A stretch of DNA of 32,000 bases from Blautia sp. (GCA_017463155.1 JAFTPT010000036.1:1-32000), one strand, 5' to 3'. Counted from the stretch's first letter, positions 16,999 to 26,383 are shown. The notes: generated by a model from the sequence alone, not told the origin. Translations and numbers: made by a program.

Positions 16999-18021
16999 TT
17001 ATTTCTTGCGGTTCCGCATCATCGCGAACACACTCTGGATGACGATGAACAGGAACAGAAGGGCGGCCGTCAGGATGTTGGGCCAGGAGCTGGCCAGCTT
17101 CCCGTTGGTCTTAACGATGGAGGAAATGGTTCCGTTGATCAGCACGCCGAAGAAGGAACCGATCACGTTGCCGACGCCGCCCGTCAGCAGCGTACCGCCG
17201 ATGACCGACGAGCTGATGGCGTCCATCTCAAGTCCCAGTGCCTGGGAGACCGACCCTGCCATCGTATTCAGGCAGTAGCAGATCGCGCCGATGGAACAGA
17301 AAATGGAGGACAGCATGTAGGCACACAGCTTCACCTTCTTGACATTCAGGCCCATCATGGCCGCGGAGGCCGCGTTGCCTCCGATGGCGTAGAACGAGCG
17401 TCCCAGCTTGGTGTGACGGAGCATGATGAAGGTGACGATCAGCAGAAGCAGCGCCACGATAACGCCCGGGCGTACATAGGGCGCCAGATATTTGCCCTTG
17501 TTGTTGAGGTAGCCTCCGAAGGGCAGCGTGATCTTGGTATTGGCCCACTTGTAAAAGAGAGCGCTGGTCTGCTCGGTAATGGACACCTGCTCGGTACAGA
17601 TCACGGCCGTCATGCCGCGGCAGAAGAACATGCCCGCCATGGTCACGATAAAGGGCTGGATCTCAAGGTAACCGACCAGGAAGCCCTGGAAAAGACCAAA
17701 AGCAACTCCGATCACGAGAACGATCAGCACCATGACGATGGCATTCAGACCGCTGCGCATACCCACGGCCAGGATCATGCAGTCCATGGCGATCAGGGCG
17801 CCGACCGAGATATCGATGCCGGCTGTCAGCATGACCACCGTAAGGCCGCATGTCACGCAGATCAGGCCCGCGTTGGTGATCAGGATGTTCAGGAAGGTCT
17901 GTGTATGCGTGAAGCCCTTGCTTCCATAGGCGATGCAGCCGCCCGCATACAGAACGATAAAGAGTACGATGGTGATCAGCAGCAGGATCGTATTTCCGTT
18001 CAATCTTGTCTTATTCTTCAT
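16999..18021 (-). CDS. Sugar ABC transporter permease (RbsC/YjfF-like, CUT2 family)
   Basis: 340-aa polytopic protein containing LTAGIDISVGA. Its start overlaps the upstream stop as ATGA (18018-18021). Confidence 0.9.
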   Translation of the reverse strand: MKNKTRLNGNTILLLITIVLFIVLYAGGCIAYGSKGFTHTQTFLNILITNAGLICVTCGLTVVMLTAGIDISVGALIAMDCMILAVGMRSGLNAIVMVLIVLVIGVAFGLFQGFLVGYLEIQPFIVTMAGMFFCRGMTAVICTEQVSITEQTSALFYKWANTKITLPFGGYLNNKGKYLAPYVRPGVIVALLLLIVTFIMLRHTKLGRSFYAIGGNAASAAMMGLNVKKVKLCAYMLSSIFCSIGAICYCLNTMAGSVSQALGLEMDAISSSVIGGTLLTGGVGNVIGSFFGVLINGTISSIVKTNGKLASSWPNILTAALLFLFIVIQSVFAMMRNRKK

Positions 18022-19103
18022 GATGCCGCTCCTTTCACCTGTTTTGCCGCGCTTCTCTTCTTGAAGTACGCTTTGAGAGGCGGAGCCTGGATGGCCACGA
18101 TCAGAATGACGATGATGGCCTTGAAGACAGGCGCCTGCGTCGAAGAAACGCCCAGGGCGTAAAGGGTGGTCGTGATCGCCTGGATGGTATAGGCACCGAT
18201 GATGGAGCCCGCCAGGTTGAACTTGCCGCCTCCAAGGGAGTTGCCGCCGAGGGCAACGGCCAGGATGGCGTCCATCTCAAAATACAGACCGATGTTGTTG
18301 GAGTCCGCCGAGGTGATCCTGGAGGACGCCACGATACCCGCGATGCCCGCGAACAGGCCGCAGAGCATGTAGGTCAGGAAGATGATCCGCTTGGAATTCA
18401 GTCCGGCGATCCGGCTGGCCTTGGCGTTGATGCCGACCGACTGGATGTACATGCCGAGGGCTGTCTTTTTGAGCAGCAGGGCGACGACCAGGATGCAGAT
18501 CGCGGCGATCACCACCGGGGTGGGGATCAGTCCAAGGAATCCGCCGAAAAATCCGAAGCTGTCGTTCCGGATGTAGACGATCAGGTCGTTGCAGAGCAGC
18601 AGGCCGATGGCCCGCGCCGCCGAGTACAGGATCAATGTCGCAACCATGGGCTGTATCCCGAAATAGGCCACCAGGGTCCCGTTGAACATGCCGCAGAGCA
18701 CGCCGATGGCGATACCGCCGAGGATACCCACCAGAAGAGGCCTTGCCAGGGTCGTTGTGGAAGAGACACCGTAGCCGGCCAGGAGCATGCAGCAGAAGCT
18801 GGCGCAGAGGCTCATGACAGATCCGACAGAGATATCGGTTCCTGCCGACGAGGATACGACCAGCGTCATACCGATGGACAGGATCGCGACCTCGCTGCCG
18901 CGGTTCAGGATATCAATGATACGTCCATAGAGGATCGTTCCGTTTCCGGTCGTCTGCCGGAGTGTGATCATAAAGAAGGACAGGGGATTCGCCCCGATGT
19001 AAATATCATGGATGATGTTTACGGCCATGACGAGCAGAAGGCTCATCACCGGCAGGAACAGGCTCCATCCCTTGATCTTCTGCCATGTCGACTGTTTATT
19101 CAT
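18018..19103 (-). CDS. Sugar ABC transporter permease (RbsC/YtfT-like, CUT2 family)
   Basis: 361-aa polytopic protein containing SSSAGTDISVGS. ATGA overlap with the ATPase stop (19100-19103). Confidence 0.9.
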   Translation of the reverse strand: MNKQSTWQKIKGWSLFLPVMSLLLVMAVNIIHDIYIGANPLSFFMITLRQTTGNGTILYGRIIDILNRGSEVAILSIGMTLVVSSSAGTDISVGSVMSLCASFCCMLLAGYGVSSTTTLARPLLVGILGGIAIGVLCGMFNGTLVAYFGIQPMVATLILYSAARAIGLLLCNDLIVYIRNDSFGFFGGFLGLIPTPVVIAAICILVVALLLKKTALGMYIQSVGINAKASRIAGLNSKRIIFLTYMLCGLFAGIAGIVASSRITSADSNNIGLYFEMDAILAVALGGNSLGGGKFNLAGSIIGAYTIQAITTTLYALGVSSTQAPVFKAIIVILIVAIQAPPLKAYFKKRSAAKQVKGAAS

Positions 19104-20620
19104 TGTGCCTGCTCACCTCCCGCGATCGCTTTCATGACGTTTTCCTGTGTCAGATCATGATCCAGCTCGCCGACCTTCTCCCCGTCGCGCATGATGGCCA
19201 TGCGGTTGCAGGTACGAAGCATCTCCGCGATCTCCGAGGAAATGAACAGGATGCTCTTCCCCTCGCCGGCCAGCTTCACGATCATCTTCTGGATCTCGGA
19301 TTTGGTACCTACGTCGATGCCTCGCGTAGGCTCATCCAGGATCAGGAAATCCGGATCCGTCGCCAGCCATCTGGCCAGGATGACCTTCTGCTGGTTTCCG
19401 CCGGAAAGCTGCTTGACCAGCGTTTCCTGATCGGCGGTCTTGATCTGCACCAGATCGATGTACCGGGCCGCGATCTCCTCCTGCCTGGCTCTGGATAACT
19501 GCTTGAACATACCCCTCTTGGCCTGGAGCGCCAGGATGATGTTCTCCCGGACAGACAGATCCGCAATGATGCCCTCCGCCTTCCGGTCGTCAGGCAGCAT
19601 GCCCATGCCAAGGTTCATGGCATCGATCGGCTGGTTGATCTTTACCTCTTTTCCATCCACCGACAGCGTGCCGGTGCTGGCCTTGTCAGCTCCGTATATC
19701 GCCCGCGCGAGCTCGCTCCGGCCGGAGCCCAGAAGCCCTGCGACGCCGACGACCTCGCCCTTGTGGATATCCAGGTCAAAGGGCTTGATGGTGCCTGTGT
19801 GGCTGATACCCTTCGCGGAGATCTCCAGCGGGTTCTTGCTGACGTCCTCAATGCTCTCCTTGTGGATCTCGGCCAGATCGTCCAGGTTCTTGCCCATCAT
19901 GGCCGCCACCAGCTTGACACGGGGCAGCTCCGCGATGGGATATTCGCCGACCAGCTGGCCGTCCCGCAGCACGGTGATCCGGTCACAGACCGCGTACACC
20001 TGCTCCAGGAAATGGGTGACAAAGATGATCCCGACGCCCTTGTCCCGAAGATTCCGCATCAGGGAGAAAAGCTTCTCCACTTCCTCGTCATCCAGGGAGG
20101 AGGTGGGCTCGTCCAGGATCAGGACCTTACAGTCCATATCAACAGCCCTGGCGATCGCGACCATCTGCTGGATCGCCAGAGAATAATTTTCAAGGTTCTG
20201 TGTAACATCGACGGAGATGCCCAGCTCGTCCATGATCTTCTGGGATCTCTTGTTGTAGGAACGGCGGTCAACCGTGTGGAACTTTGTCATTGGCTCACGT
20301 CCGATGAAAAGGTTCTCCGCTACGGAAAGGTTCGGGCAAAGATTGACCTCCTGATAGACTGTGGAGATGCCTACCTCCTGCGCGTCCTTTGTGGAATGAT
20401 TCCTGACCGGGCCGGAGATCCCGTCCACATGTATCTCCCCTGCTTCAAAATCATTGATTCCCGTCAGACACTTGATCAATGTGGATTTCCCCGCACCGTT
20501 CTCACCCATCAGCGCATGGATCTCGCCCTTCCGGAGCGTAAAATCCACGTTCTCCAGTGCCTTCACCCCGGGAAAGGTCATGGTGATCCCCCTTGCTGTC
20601 AGCACCACATTATCTTCCAT
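19100..20620 (-). CDS. Sugar ABC transporter ATP-binding protein, duplicated ABC domains (YtfR/RbsA-like)
   Basis: Walker A is GENGAGKST. The two Walker B motifs are LILDEPTSSL and LILDEPTRGID. The second signature is LSGGNQQK. Length 506 aa. Confidence 0.95.
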   Translation of the reverse strand: MEDNVVLTARGITMTFPGVKALENVDFTLRKGEIHALMGENGAGKSTLIKCLTGINDFEAGEIHVDGISGPVRNHSTKDAQEVGISTVYQEVNLCPNLSVAENLFIGREPMTKFHTVDRRSYNKRSQKIMDELGISVDVTQNLENYSLAIQQMVAIARAVDMDCKVLILDEPTSSLDDEEVEKLFSLMRNLRDKGVGIIFVTHFLEQVYAVCDRITVLRDGQLVGEYPIAELPRVKLVAAMMGKNLDDLAEIHKESIEDVSKNPLEISAKGISHTGTIKPFDLDIHKGEVVGVAGLLGSGRSELARAIYGADKASTGTLSVDGKEVKINQPIDAMNLGMGMLPDDRKAEGIIADLSVRENIILALQAKRGMFKQLSRARQEEIAARYIDLVQIKTADQETLVKQLSGGNQQKVILARWLATDPDFLILDEPTRGIDVGTKSEIQKMIVKLAGEGKSILFISSEIAEMLRTCNRMAIMRDGEKVGELDHDLTQENVMKAIAGGEQAQ

Positions 20621-20695
20621 AGTCTCTCCTTTCCGGCTGTTGTAAGATTGAATTATCAGAATAGAATGATTACGGATCGCTCCGCTCTTCGACCA

Positions 20696-20732
20696 TTTAA
20701 AAAGGAGGTTCCTGGATCGTACAGGAACCTCC
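20696..20732 (-). terminator. Intra-operon terminator/attenuator between the binding-protein and ATPase genes
   Basis: GGAGGTTCCTG (20704-20714), 7-nt loop, CAGGAACCTCC (20722-20732). On the minus strand the stem is followed by TTTTTAAA. Confidence 0.7.
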
Positions 20733-20783
20733 AGAAGAATTAACCAACTTTTCTGGTTATGAATGTTTCAGCTGCTTTTTGAA

Positions 20784-21791
20784 TTAATACTGAGCCTCGA
20801 TGACCTCGTCGGTAACAACAGTCATTTCCTGAGCTGCGCCGTCAACTTCGAACTCAACGATCTGGTCTTCCAGAGCGTACCAATGCTCGACCATGTAGAC
20901 TTCCTTCTCAACTTCTTCGCCGGCTGCCAGCTTGTTGATAACTTCCTCAACGAACGGAGCTGCAAGCGGGTTGCACTCGAAGTCAGCAGTGATCTTGCCA
21001 GCCTTGACATCCTCAAGACCTGCGGTGCAGGCGTCATAGGAGATCAGGATAACATCGTTGCCGGGGCCATAGGTAACACCAGCGTTGTCCATAGCGGTCA
21101 TAGCGCCGAATGCTTCGTTATCGTTCTGGCAGACAACAACATTGAACTGTCCTTCATAGGATTTGCAGTAGTTTTCCATAACTTCCTGGCCGCCAGCCTC
21201 GGTGAAGTCACCGGTCTGCTCGTCGATCAGGTTCCAGCCATACTTCTCAGCTACTTCGTTGAAGCCATCGGAACGGCCGATCTGAGCGGAAGAACCGGTA
21301 GAACCGGAGATCGTCAGAACGTTCAGCTCTTCGATGCCCATCTTGTCAGCGTAAGCCTTCAGCCATTCGCCGGCTGCAAGACCCTCGGTCTTGAAGTTGG
21401 AGCCTACCCATGCGGCATACTTGTCGGAATCATCAATGGTACGGTCGATAACGATAACCGGGATGCCGGCCTCGTCGCACTCTGTCAGAACAGTGTCCCA
21501 ACCGGTAGCGATGATGGGGTCGATGATGATGTAGTCAACATCCTGCTCGATGAAGGAACGAACTGCTTCCTTCTGTGCAGCTTCGTCGTTGTCGCAGTCA
21601 ACAAAGCTCAGGTCATAGCCGTTCTCCTCGGAGAAGACATCCTGACAGGACTTGGTGGAAGCGGTACGCCAGTCAGACTCATGGCCGACCTGTGCGAAAC
21701 CGACACTGATCAGATCCTCTGCGTGAGCGGCGGCTGCCGGGATCGCAACTGCCATTGCGGTTAACATGATAGCTCCAAGAACTTTCTTCAT
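20784..21791 (-). CDS. Periplasmic-type sugar-binding protein, YtfQ (galactofuranose-binding)-like
   Basis: Signal peptide MKKVLGAIMLTAMAVAIPAAAAHA. VGFAQVGHESDWRTA...QKEAVRSFIEQDVDYIIIDPIIATGWDTVL...IPVIVIDR matches my recollection of E. coli YtfQ. AAGGAGGAAATTATA lies upstream of the ATG. Confidence 0.88.
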   Translation of the reverse strand: MKKVLGAIMLTAMAVAIPAAAAHAEDLISVGFAQVGHESDWRTASTKSCQDVFSEENGYDLSFVDCDNDEAAQKEAVRSFIEQDVDYIIIDPIIATGWDTVLTECDEAGIPVIVIDRTIDDSDKYAAWVGSNFKTEGLAAGEWLKAYADKMGIEELNVLTISGSTGSSAQIGRSDGFNEVAEKYGWNLIDEQTGDFTEAGGQEVMENYCKSYEGQFNVVVCQNDNEAFGAMTAMDNAGVTYGPGNDVILISYDACTAGLEDVKAGKITADFECNPLAAPFVEEVINKLAAGEEVEKEVYMVEHWYALEDQIVEFEVDGAAQEMTVVTDEVIEAQY

Positions 21792-21940
21792 TATAATTTC
21801 CTCCTTGCTTTGGAAAAATGAATCCCTGCCTTCGTGCGAAGACAGTATTGCTTGTTTCTACGCTTAGTATAGATGAACAAGGCCGGATCATCCATGAGTT
21901 CTCTTCCCGGAATTAGTATATTTTTTTCCCTTTTTCGCGT

Positions 21941-21988
21941 CAAAAAACACACAAAGTGGAAATTCTTCTCCATTTTGTGTGTTTTTTT
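21941..21988 (-). terminator. Intrinsic terminator after the histidine kinase gene (bidirectional shape)
   Basis: ACACACAAAGTGGA (21947-21960), 8-nt loop, TCCATTTTGTGTGT (21969-21982). The stem is flanked by an A-run on one side and a T-run on the other. Confidence 0.75.
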
Positions 21989-21996
21989 CTCATTCA

Positions 21997-23460
21997 TCAG
22001 GAGGTGATCCGCGGGATCCGTATCTCCACCTCGGTTCCCTCCCCGTAGGTGCTGCGGATCACGAGACCCGAGGACTCGCCGTAGTTGAGGCGGAGCCTTT
22101 CCGCCACGTTGGAAAGGCCGAAATGTGCGTTGTCCGCGGCTTTCGGCTCTTTGCCGTCGACCCGCCGGATCAGGTCCGTCAGCTGCTCCTCCGTCATACC
22201 GATACCGGTATCCTTGACCAGCATCTTCACCCGTTCCTCTTCCTCAAAGATCCGGATGGAGACATGGCCGCCGCCCCGCTTGTTCTTGATCCCGTGATAC
22301 AGGGCATTCTCGACCAGCGGCTGCAGGGTCATCTTCAGGATCAGGTAGTCCTTGCACTCCGGAGCGACGTCGATGCTGTAGGTCAGGATGTCCCGGTACC
22401 GGAACTGCTGGATCTCCAGATAGGAGCGGATATGAAGCTCTTCCTCCCGGATGGGGATCACGTCCCGGCCGCCGGAAAGGGCCGTCCGGAAAAAGGTGGA
22501 CAGCGATGTGGCGATGCCCTCCACATCCTCCTTCCGGTCATCCTCCGCGAGCCAGACGATGTTGTCGAGGGTGTTGTACAGAAAATGCGGATCGATCTGG
22601 GCCTGCAGAAGCTTGAGCTCCAGGTTCCGCAGATTGATCTGCTCCTGGCGGTTGCGTTCCACCAGGTCCCCCAGGCGCTCCGCCATCCCGTTGAAGCTAC
22701 GGCCCAGGGTCCGGATCTCCGGGCTGCCGGCTTCCCGGGCCCTGGCACCGAAATTCCCGGCGCCGATCTTCCCGGCCGCTTTGATCAGGTCCCGGATCGG
22801 CCCCGTGATACTGTGGACCATCCCGGATGTCAGAAGGAACGAGATCACAAGAAGGGCAAAGGCCGTCAGGAGGGCGAACCTGGTCAGGAGCACCCGCCGG
22901 TCGTCCATCTCCCGCCGGATGTTCTCCATGCTCACCGACTCGTAATAGATATATTCCGAGATCCGCTCCTGGATCATCTCCGTGATCACGCGGATGTCCA
23001 TGTCGAGCCGTTCCATGTTCTCATCGTAGTAGCCGGTGACCTTCACCGTGCTGCTGATGTCATTCACCCGCTTATGCAGCGTGATCAGGAGCTTGGTGGC
23101 GCGCTTGACGCTCTCCAGGGCGTCCGGCGAGACCGTCGTGCTCCGCACGTTTTCAAAGGCTTCCTCCGCGTCCCGGATCATCTCGTCCGGGTTGGTCATG
23201 CCAAGGTCCCCCTTGACCTCGTATTTGCTCAGGGAATGGGCCACCATCATGTACATGACGGAATCCATATCCTCCTTGAAGACCAGGTTATACGCATTGA
23301 CCTTGGTGATGTTCTGCACGATGGTGTTGTAGGAATCACCGATCTCGTTGATATTATATAGAAGGTATATGGTAAGCGCCATGAAGGGAATGATCAAAAA
23401 GGCGCAGAGCGCCATCAGACGCTTCCGAAGCGTTATGCCATGATCCATCCGTTTTTCCAT
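21997..23460 (-). CDS. Sensor histidine kinase, YesM/LytS-type (2 TM + HAMP + His_kinase + HATPase)
   Basis: LQAQIDPHFLYNTLDNI (PF06580-type H-box), LVENALYHG, and KDTGIGM. Two hydrophobic segments flank a ~170-aa extracytoplasmic region. Confidence 0.9.
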   Translation of the reverse strand: MEKRMDHGITLRKRLMALCAFLIIPFMALTIYLLYNINEIGDSYNTIVQNITKVNAYNLVFKEDMDSVMYMMVAHSLSKYEVKGDLGMTNPDEMIRDAEEAFENVRSTTVSPDALESVKRATKLLITLHKRVNDISSTVKVTGYYDENMERLDMDIRVITEMIQERISEYIYYESVSMENIRREMDDRRVLLTRFALLTAFALLVISFLLTSGMVHSITGPIRDLIKAAGKIGAGNFGARAREAGSPEIRTLGRSFNGMAERLGDLVERNRQEQINLRNLELKLLQAQIDPHFLYNTLDNIVWLAEDDRKEDVEGIATSLSTFFRTALSGGRDVIPIREEELHIRSYLEIQQFRYRDILTYSIDVAPECKDYLILKMTLQPLVENALYHGIKNKRGGGHVSIRIFEEEERVKMLVKDTGIGMTEEQLTDLIRRVDGKEPKAADNAHFGLSNVAERLRLNYGESSGLVIRSTYGEGTEVEIRIPRITS

Positions 23461-23480
23461 CTGCCGCTTCCTCTTTCAAC

Positions 23481-23505
23481 AAGACAGGGGACGGTTCTCT
23501 GTCTT
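23481..23505 (-). repeat. 25-nt hairpin element, copy A (response regulator-kinase intercistronic spacer)
   Basis: The plus strand reads aagacaggggacggttctctgtctt, so the minus-strand RNA reads AAGACAGAGAACCGUCCCCUGUCUU. This is identical to the plus-strand RNA at 27753-27777. Confidence 0.9.
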
Positions 23506-23507
23506 TT

Positions 23508-25154
23508 TCACGACAAAGAACTGCCGGCCGTGTCCTTCGTTTCTCTTCTCTGACGATATTCCGTAGGCGACATGCCCATGCTTTTCTTGAAGGTCGCACT
23601 GAAATAGTGCGGATCATTGTAGCCGGACCGGTAGGCCACCTCAAAGCTTTTGAGATCCGTGGTCATCAGAAGCTCGCAGGCCCTCTCCATCCGTTTGTTG
23701 ATCAGGTACTCGATAAAGGTCATGCCCAGCTCATGGGAGAAAAGCGTCGAAAACCGGTTGGGGCTTAAGCCCACCGCGGACGCCGTCTCCTGCAGGGACA
23801 GGGAGCCGTCCGTAAAATGCGCATCGATGTAAGCCGTCGCTGTCTGGATCAGCTGGTCGTTCCGTCGGGAAGTACTGCTGTCGCGCTGCCGGATCACCTC
23901 CTGCAGGTAGTCCGTCAGGTAGCGTTCGGAATCCTCCGCCGACTTGAGCGCGCCCATCACGGCGTTGATATCTCCCACGGCGTTGTTTACTTCGCCGGGA
24001 TCCTTTCCCAGGTCCTTCAGAAAACGCACCATGGTAAAATAGCAGTCCATCGTCAGATAATTCAGGAACAGCAGCGACTGCACATTGTCCTCTCCCACCG
24101 AAGAAAACACATCCGACACAAAATCCTTCGTCTCCTGCTGGGTCCCCGTCCGCATAAAATTCTCCCAGATACTCCGCAGGTTGCCGTTCTGCAGAGCCGA
24201 ATCCGTGTTGATCGGATTGGGATTGTTTTCGGTCAGAAGCCGGCTGATGGGCGTCTCGGACGTGACCATCTGGTCCGGCGTCAGGAAATATCGGTGCGAC
24301 GCTGTCCGGTACACCTCGCGGTACACGGTATGGATCTCGCTCAAATGGCTGACCGTCCTTCCGGCACTCATGAAAAAGTGCAGCTCCTTCGCCTCCTGCA
24401 CGGAGCCGTTTATCCGGCCCTCAAGCTGCTGCGTTTTATCCTCCACGTCTTCGGGGGTCTTTCCCGTCACCAGGACTGCCACACTGTCTACACTGTGCTC
24501 AAAGACAAAGCAGCCGGGCACTTCGTCCGCAATCCCCTGCAGGATCTCGTCCACCCGCTCCTGGTTCCGGTAATCGGCATCATACAGCACAAAAGCCAGC
24601 AGCAGCCGGTAGTAAGGAGCTCCCAGCTGAAGCCCGATGCTGTCCGCGAATTCCAGGATCTCGTGAGAAGCCATATCCCCGGAGATCAGCATCCGGAACA
24701 GCTTCCGCCTGTTATGCTCGTCCTTTTCCCGTTCTTCCTCCTGGAGCCAGTCGATGCGCATCTCCCGGTTCTTTTTCTCTTCCTCGACGGCCGCGGCCTG
24801 CTTCCGCACCACCTCCAGAAGCTGTTTCGGCATGATCGGCTTCAGCAGGTATTCCGAAACGCCGAGACGCAGGGCTTCCTGCGCGTATTCGAATTCACTG
24901 TAGCCGGACAGGATGATGATCCTGGTATCCGGAAGCTCCCTTCGGATCAGGCGGGAAAGCTGCAGGCCGTCCATGAACGGCATTTTGATATCCGTGATGA
25001 CGATATCGGGCTTCTGCTCCAGGATCATGGGCCAGGCGAGCTCGCCGTCCCCGGCCTCCCCGCAGAAATCGATGCCTTCCTCCGCCCAGTGTATATGCCG
25101 TTTGATACCGTCGCGCATGGCGATCTCATCTTCGGCCAGGAATAATTTGATCAT
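23508..25154 (-). CDS. Response regulator with AraC-type HTH output (YesN-like)
   Basis: The start is set at M74 of the track ORF (MIKLFLAEDE), with GGGAGA 7 nt upstream. The REC domain contains DIVITDIKMPFMDG. The C-terminal AraC HTH contains GYNDPHYFSATFKKSMGMSPTEYR. The upstream 73 codons overlap the preceding gene and are rejected. Confidence 0.9.
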   Translation of the reverse strand: MIKLFLAEDEIAMRDGIKRHIHWAEEGIDFCGEAGDGELAWPMILEQKPDIVITDIKMPFMDGLQLSRLIRRELPDTRIIILSGYSEFEYAQEALRLGVSEYLLKPIMPKQLLEVVRKQAAAVEEEKKNREMRIDWLQEEEREKDEHNRRKLFRMLISGDMASHEILEFADSIGLQLGAPYYRLLLAFVLYDADYRNQERVDEILQGIADEVPGCFVFEHSVDSVAVLVTGKTPEDVEDKTQQLEGRINGSVQEAKELHFFMSAGRTVSHLSEIHTVYREVYRTASHRYFLTPDQMVTSETPISRLLTENNPNPINTDSALQNGNLRSIWENFMRTGTQQETKDFVSDVFSSVGEDNVQSLLFLNYLTMDCYFTMVRFLKDLGKDPGEVNNAVGDINAVMGALKSAEDSERYLTDYLQEVIRQRDSSTSRRNDQLIQTATAYIDAHFTDGSLSLQETASAVGLSPNRFSTLFSHELGMTFIEYLINKRMERACELLMTTDLKSFEVAYRSGYNDPHYFSATFKKSMGMSPTEYRQRRETKDTAGSSLS

Positions 25155-25177
25155 AGTCATTTCTCCCGGAAGCAGGT

Positions 25178-26284
25178 TCAGTAATTCCTGCTTTCCATCA
25201 ATTCTTTCGTAAGAGGCGTTACCTCGTATTCCTCCCCGTTCACCGTCACAGCGGCCGGTTCGGGTACAGCGGAAAACTGTGCTTCTCTCACATACTGCTT
25301 CCATTCGGGCTCCTCGCCCTGTTCCAGCTGCTGGATCAGCTGTGAAAGCAGCGGGCCGTACTCGGGCGCACATTCCGTATTTACGGCGATCTGTCCGTCC
25401 ATGGTCATCTGAAGGCCGGCATGCGTGGCGTCGAAGGACAGCACCAGGATCTCTCCGCCGGCCAGGTCCGTCCCGACGGTGCGTCCGGCTTCCCGGATCG
25501 CGTCGATGGCACCGTAGGCTTCGTTGTCATTCTCGCAGTAGACCACCTGGATCTGGTCGCCGAGCCTTGCGAGCATATCCACCATGACTTCCTTCCCCTT
25601 GGCCGTGGTAAACTCGCCCGGCTGCCGGTCCAGAAGCTTCCACTCCGGATGCGCCTGCAATGCTTCATCCAGCGCCCGGGTCCGGCCCAGCTGGGCACTG
25701 GAGTCGATGGTTCCCTGGATATGGACGATCTGCAGAGGGCCTTCGAATCCCTGCTCCTCAAGAAATGCCTCAAGCCAGGCACAGGCGCGCTGTCCCTCCA
25801 GATAGAAATCCGATCCCAGCCACACCGTATACGATACCGATTCCCCGGCATCTATCTCGCGGTCGAACACGATCACGGGAATGCCGGCCTCGGCCGCCTC
25901 CTCAAGAGACGCAGCCCAGCCCGTCTCCACGATCGGATCCAGCAGGATGTAATCCACCTCCTGGCTGATAAATTCCCGGACGGCCTTGACCTGCTTTTCA
26001 TGCTTCTGCTGTGCGTCGTTCACCAGCAGGGAATATCCATTCTCCCGGGTAAAGGTCTCGTCCATGGACTTGTTGCAGGCGATCCGCCAGTCGGACTCGG
26101 ACCCGATCTTGACGTATCCGACCGTCAGAATGCCCCGTTCATTGACGGCCACCTCGGCCGGGAGTGTGGTAAGCGCGATATGATCGACTGCCGCCGCGGT
26201 TTCATCTGCGGCATGTACCGGTATTCCAAAGCTCATCACGGCTGCCGCCAGAAAAAGGGCTGCCGTCAGCGAACCGTATTTCAT
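25178..26284 (-). CDS. Second YtfQ-like binding protein, first gene of the two-component operon (candidate ligand-sensing partner)
   Basis: Signal peptide MKYGSLTAALFLAAAVMSFGIPVHA. The core VGYVKIGSESDWRIA...QVKAVREFISQEVDYILLDPIVETGWAASL...IPVIVFDR is paralogous to the product of 20784..21791. Confidence 0.85.
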   Translation of the reverse strand: MKYGSLTAALFLAAAVMSFGIPVHAADETAAAVDHIALTTLPAEVAVNERGILTVGYVKIGSESDWRIACNKSMDETFTRENGYSLLVNDAQQKHEKQVKAVREFISQEVDYILLDPIVETGWAASLEEAAEAGIPVIVFDREIDAGESVSYTVWLGSDFYLEGQRACAWLEAFLEEQGFEGPLQIVHIQGTIDSSAQLGRTRALDEALQAHPEWKLLDRQPGEFTTAKGKEVMVDMLARLGDQIQVVYCENDNEAYGAIDAIREAGRTVGTDLAGGEILVLSFDATHAGLQMTMDGQIAVNTECAPEYGPLLSQLIQQLEQGEEPEWKQYVREAQFSAVPEPAAVTVNGEEYEVTPLTKELMESRNY

Positions 26285-26354
26285 CGTCTGTTTCCCCTTG
26301 TCATCTGTTTATGTACCGGGGCTGCCATGCTCCCTGCAGATTCCCGGCACACCC

Positions 26355-26383
26355 ATCATACCACGAATCCCCGGCTCCTCCAA
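26355..26383 (-). promoter_or_regulatory. Putative promoter of the binding-protein/RR/HK operon
   Basis: On the minus strand: TTGGAG (26383-26378), 17-nt spacer ending in TGG, TATGAT (26360-26355). Confidence 0.3.

Noticed and set aside
25155-25373. 73-codon N-terminal extension of the response-regulator ORF
   Set aside because: It overlaps the 3' end of the upstream binding-protein gene and is Arg/Gly/Cys-rich. A proper RBS (GGGAGA) precedes the internal ATG at 25154, where the REC domain begins.
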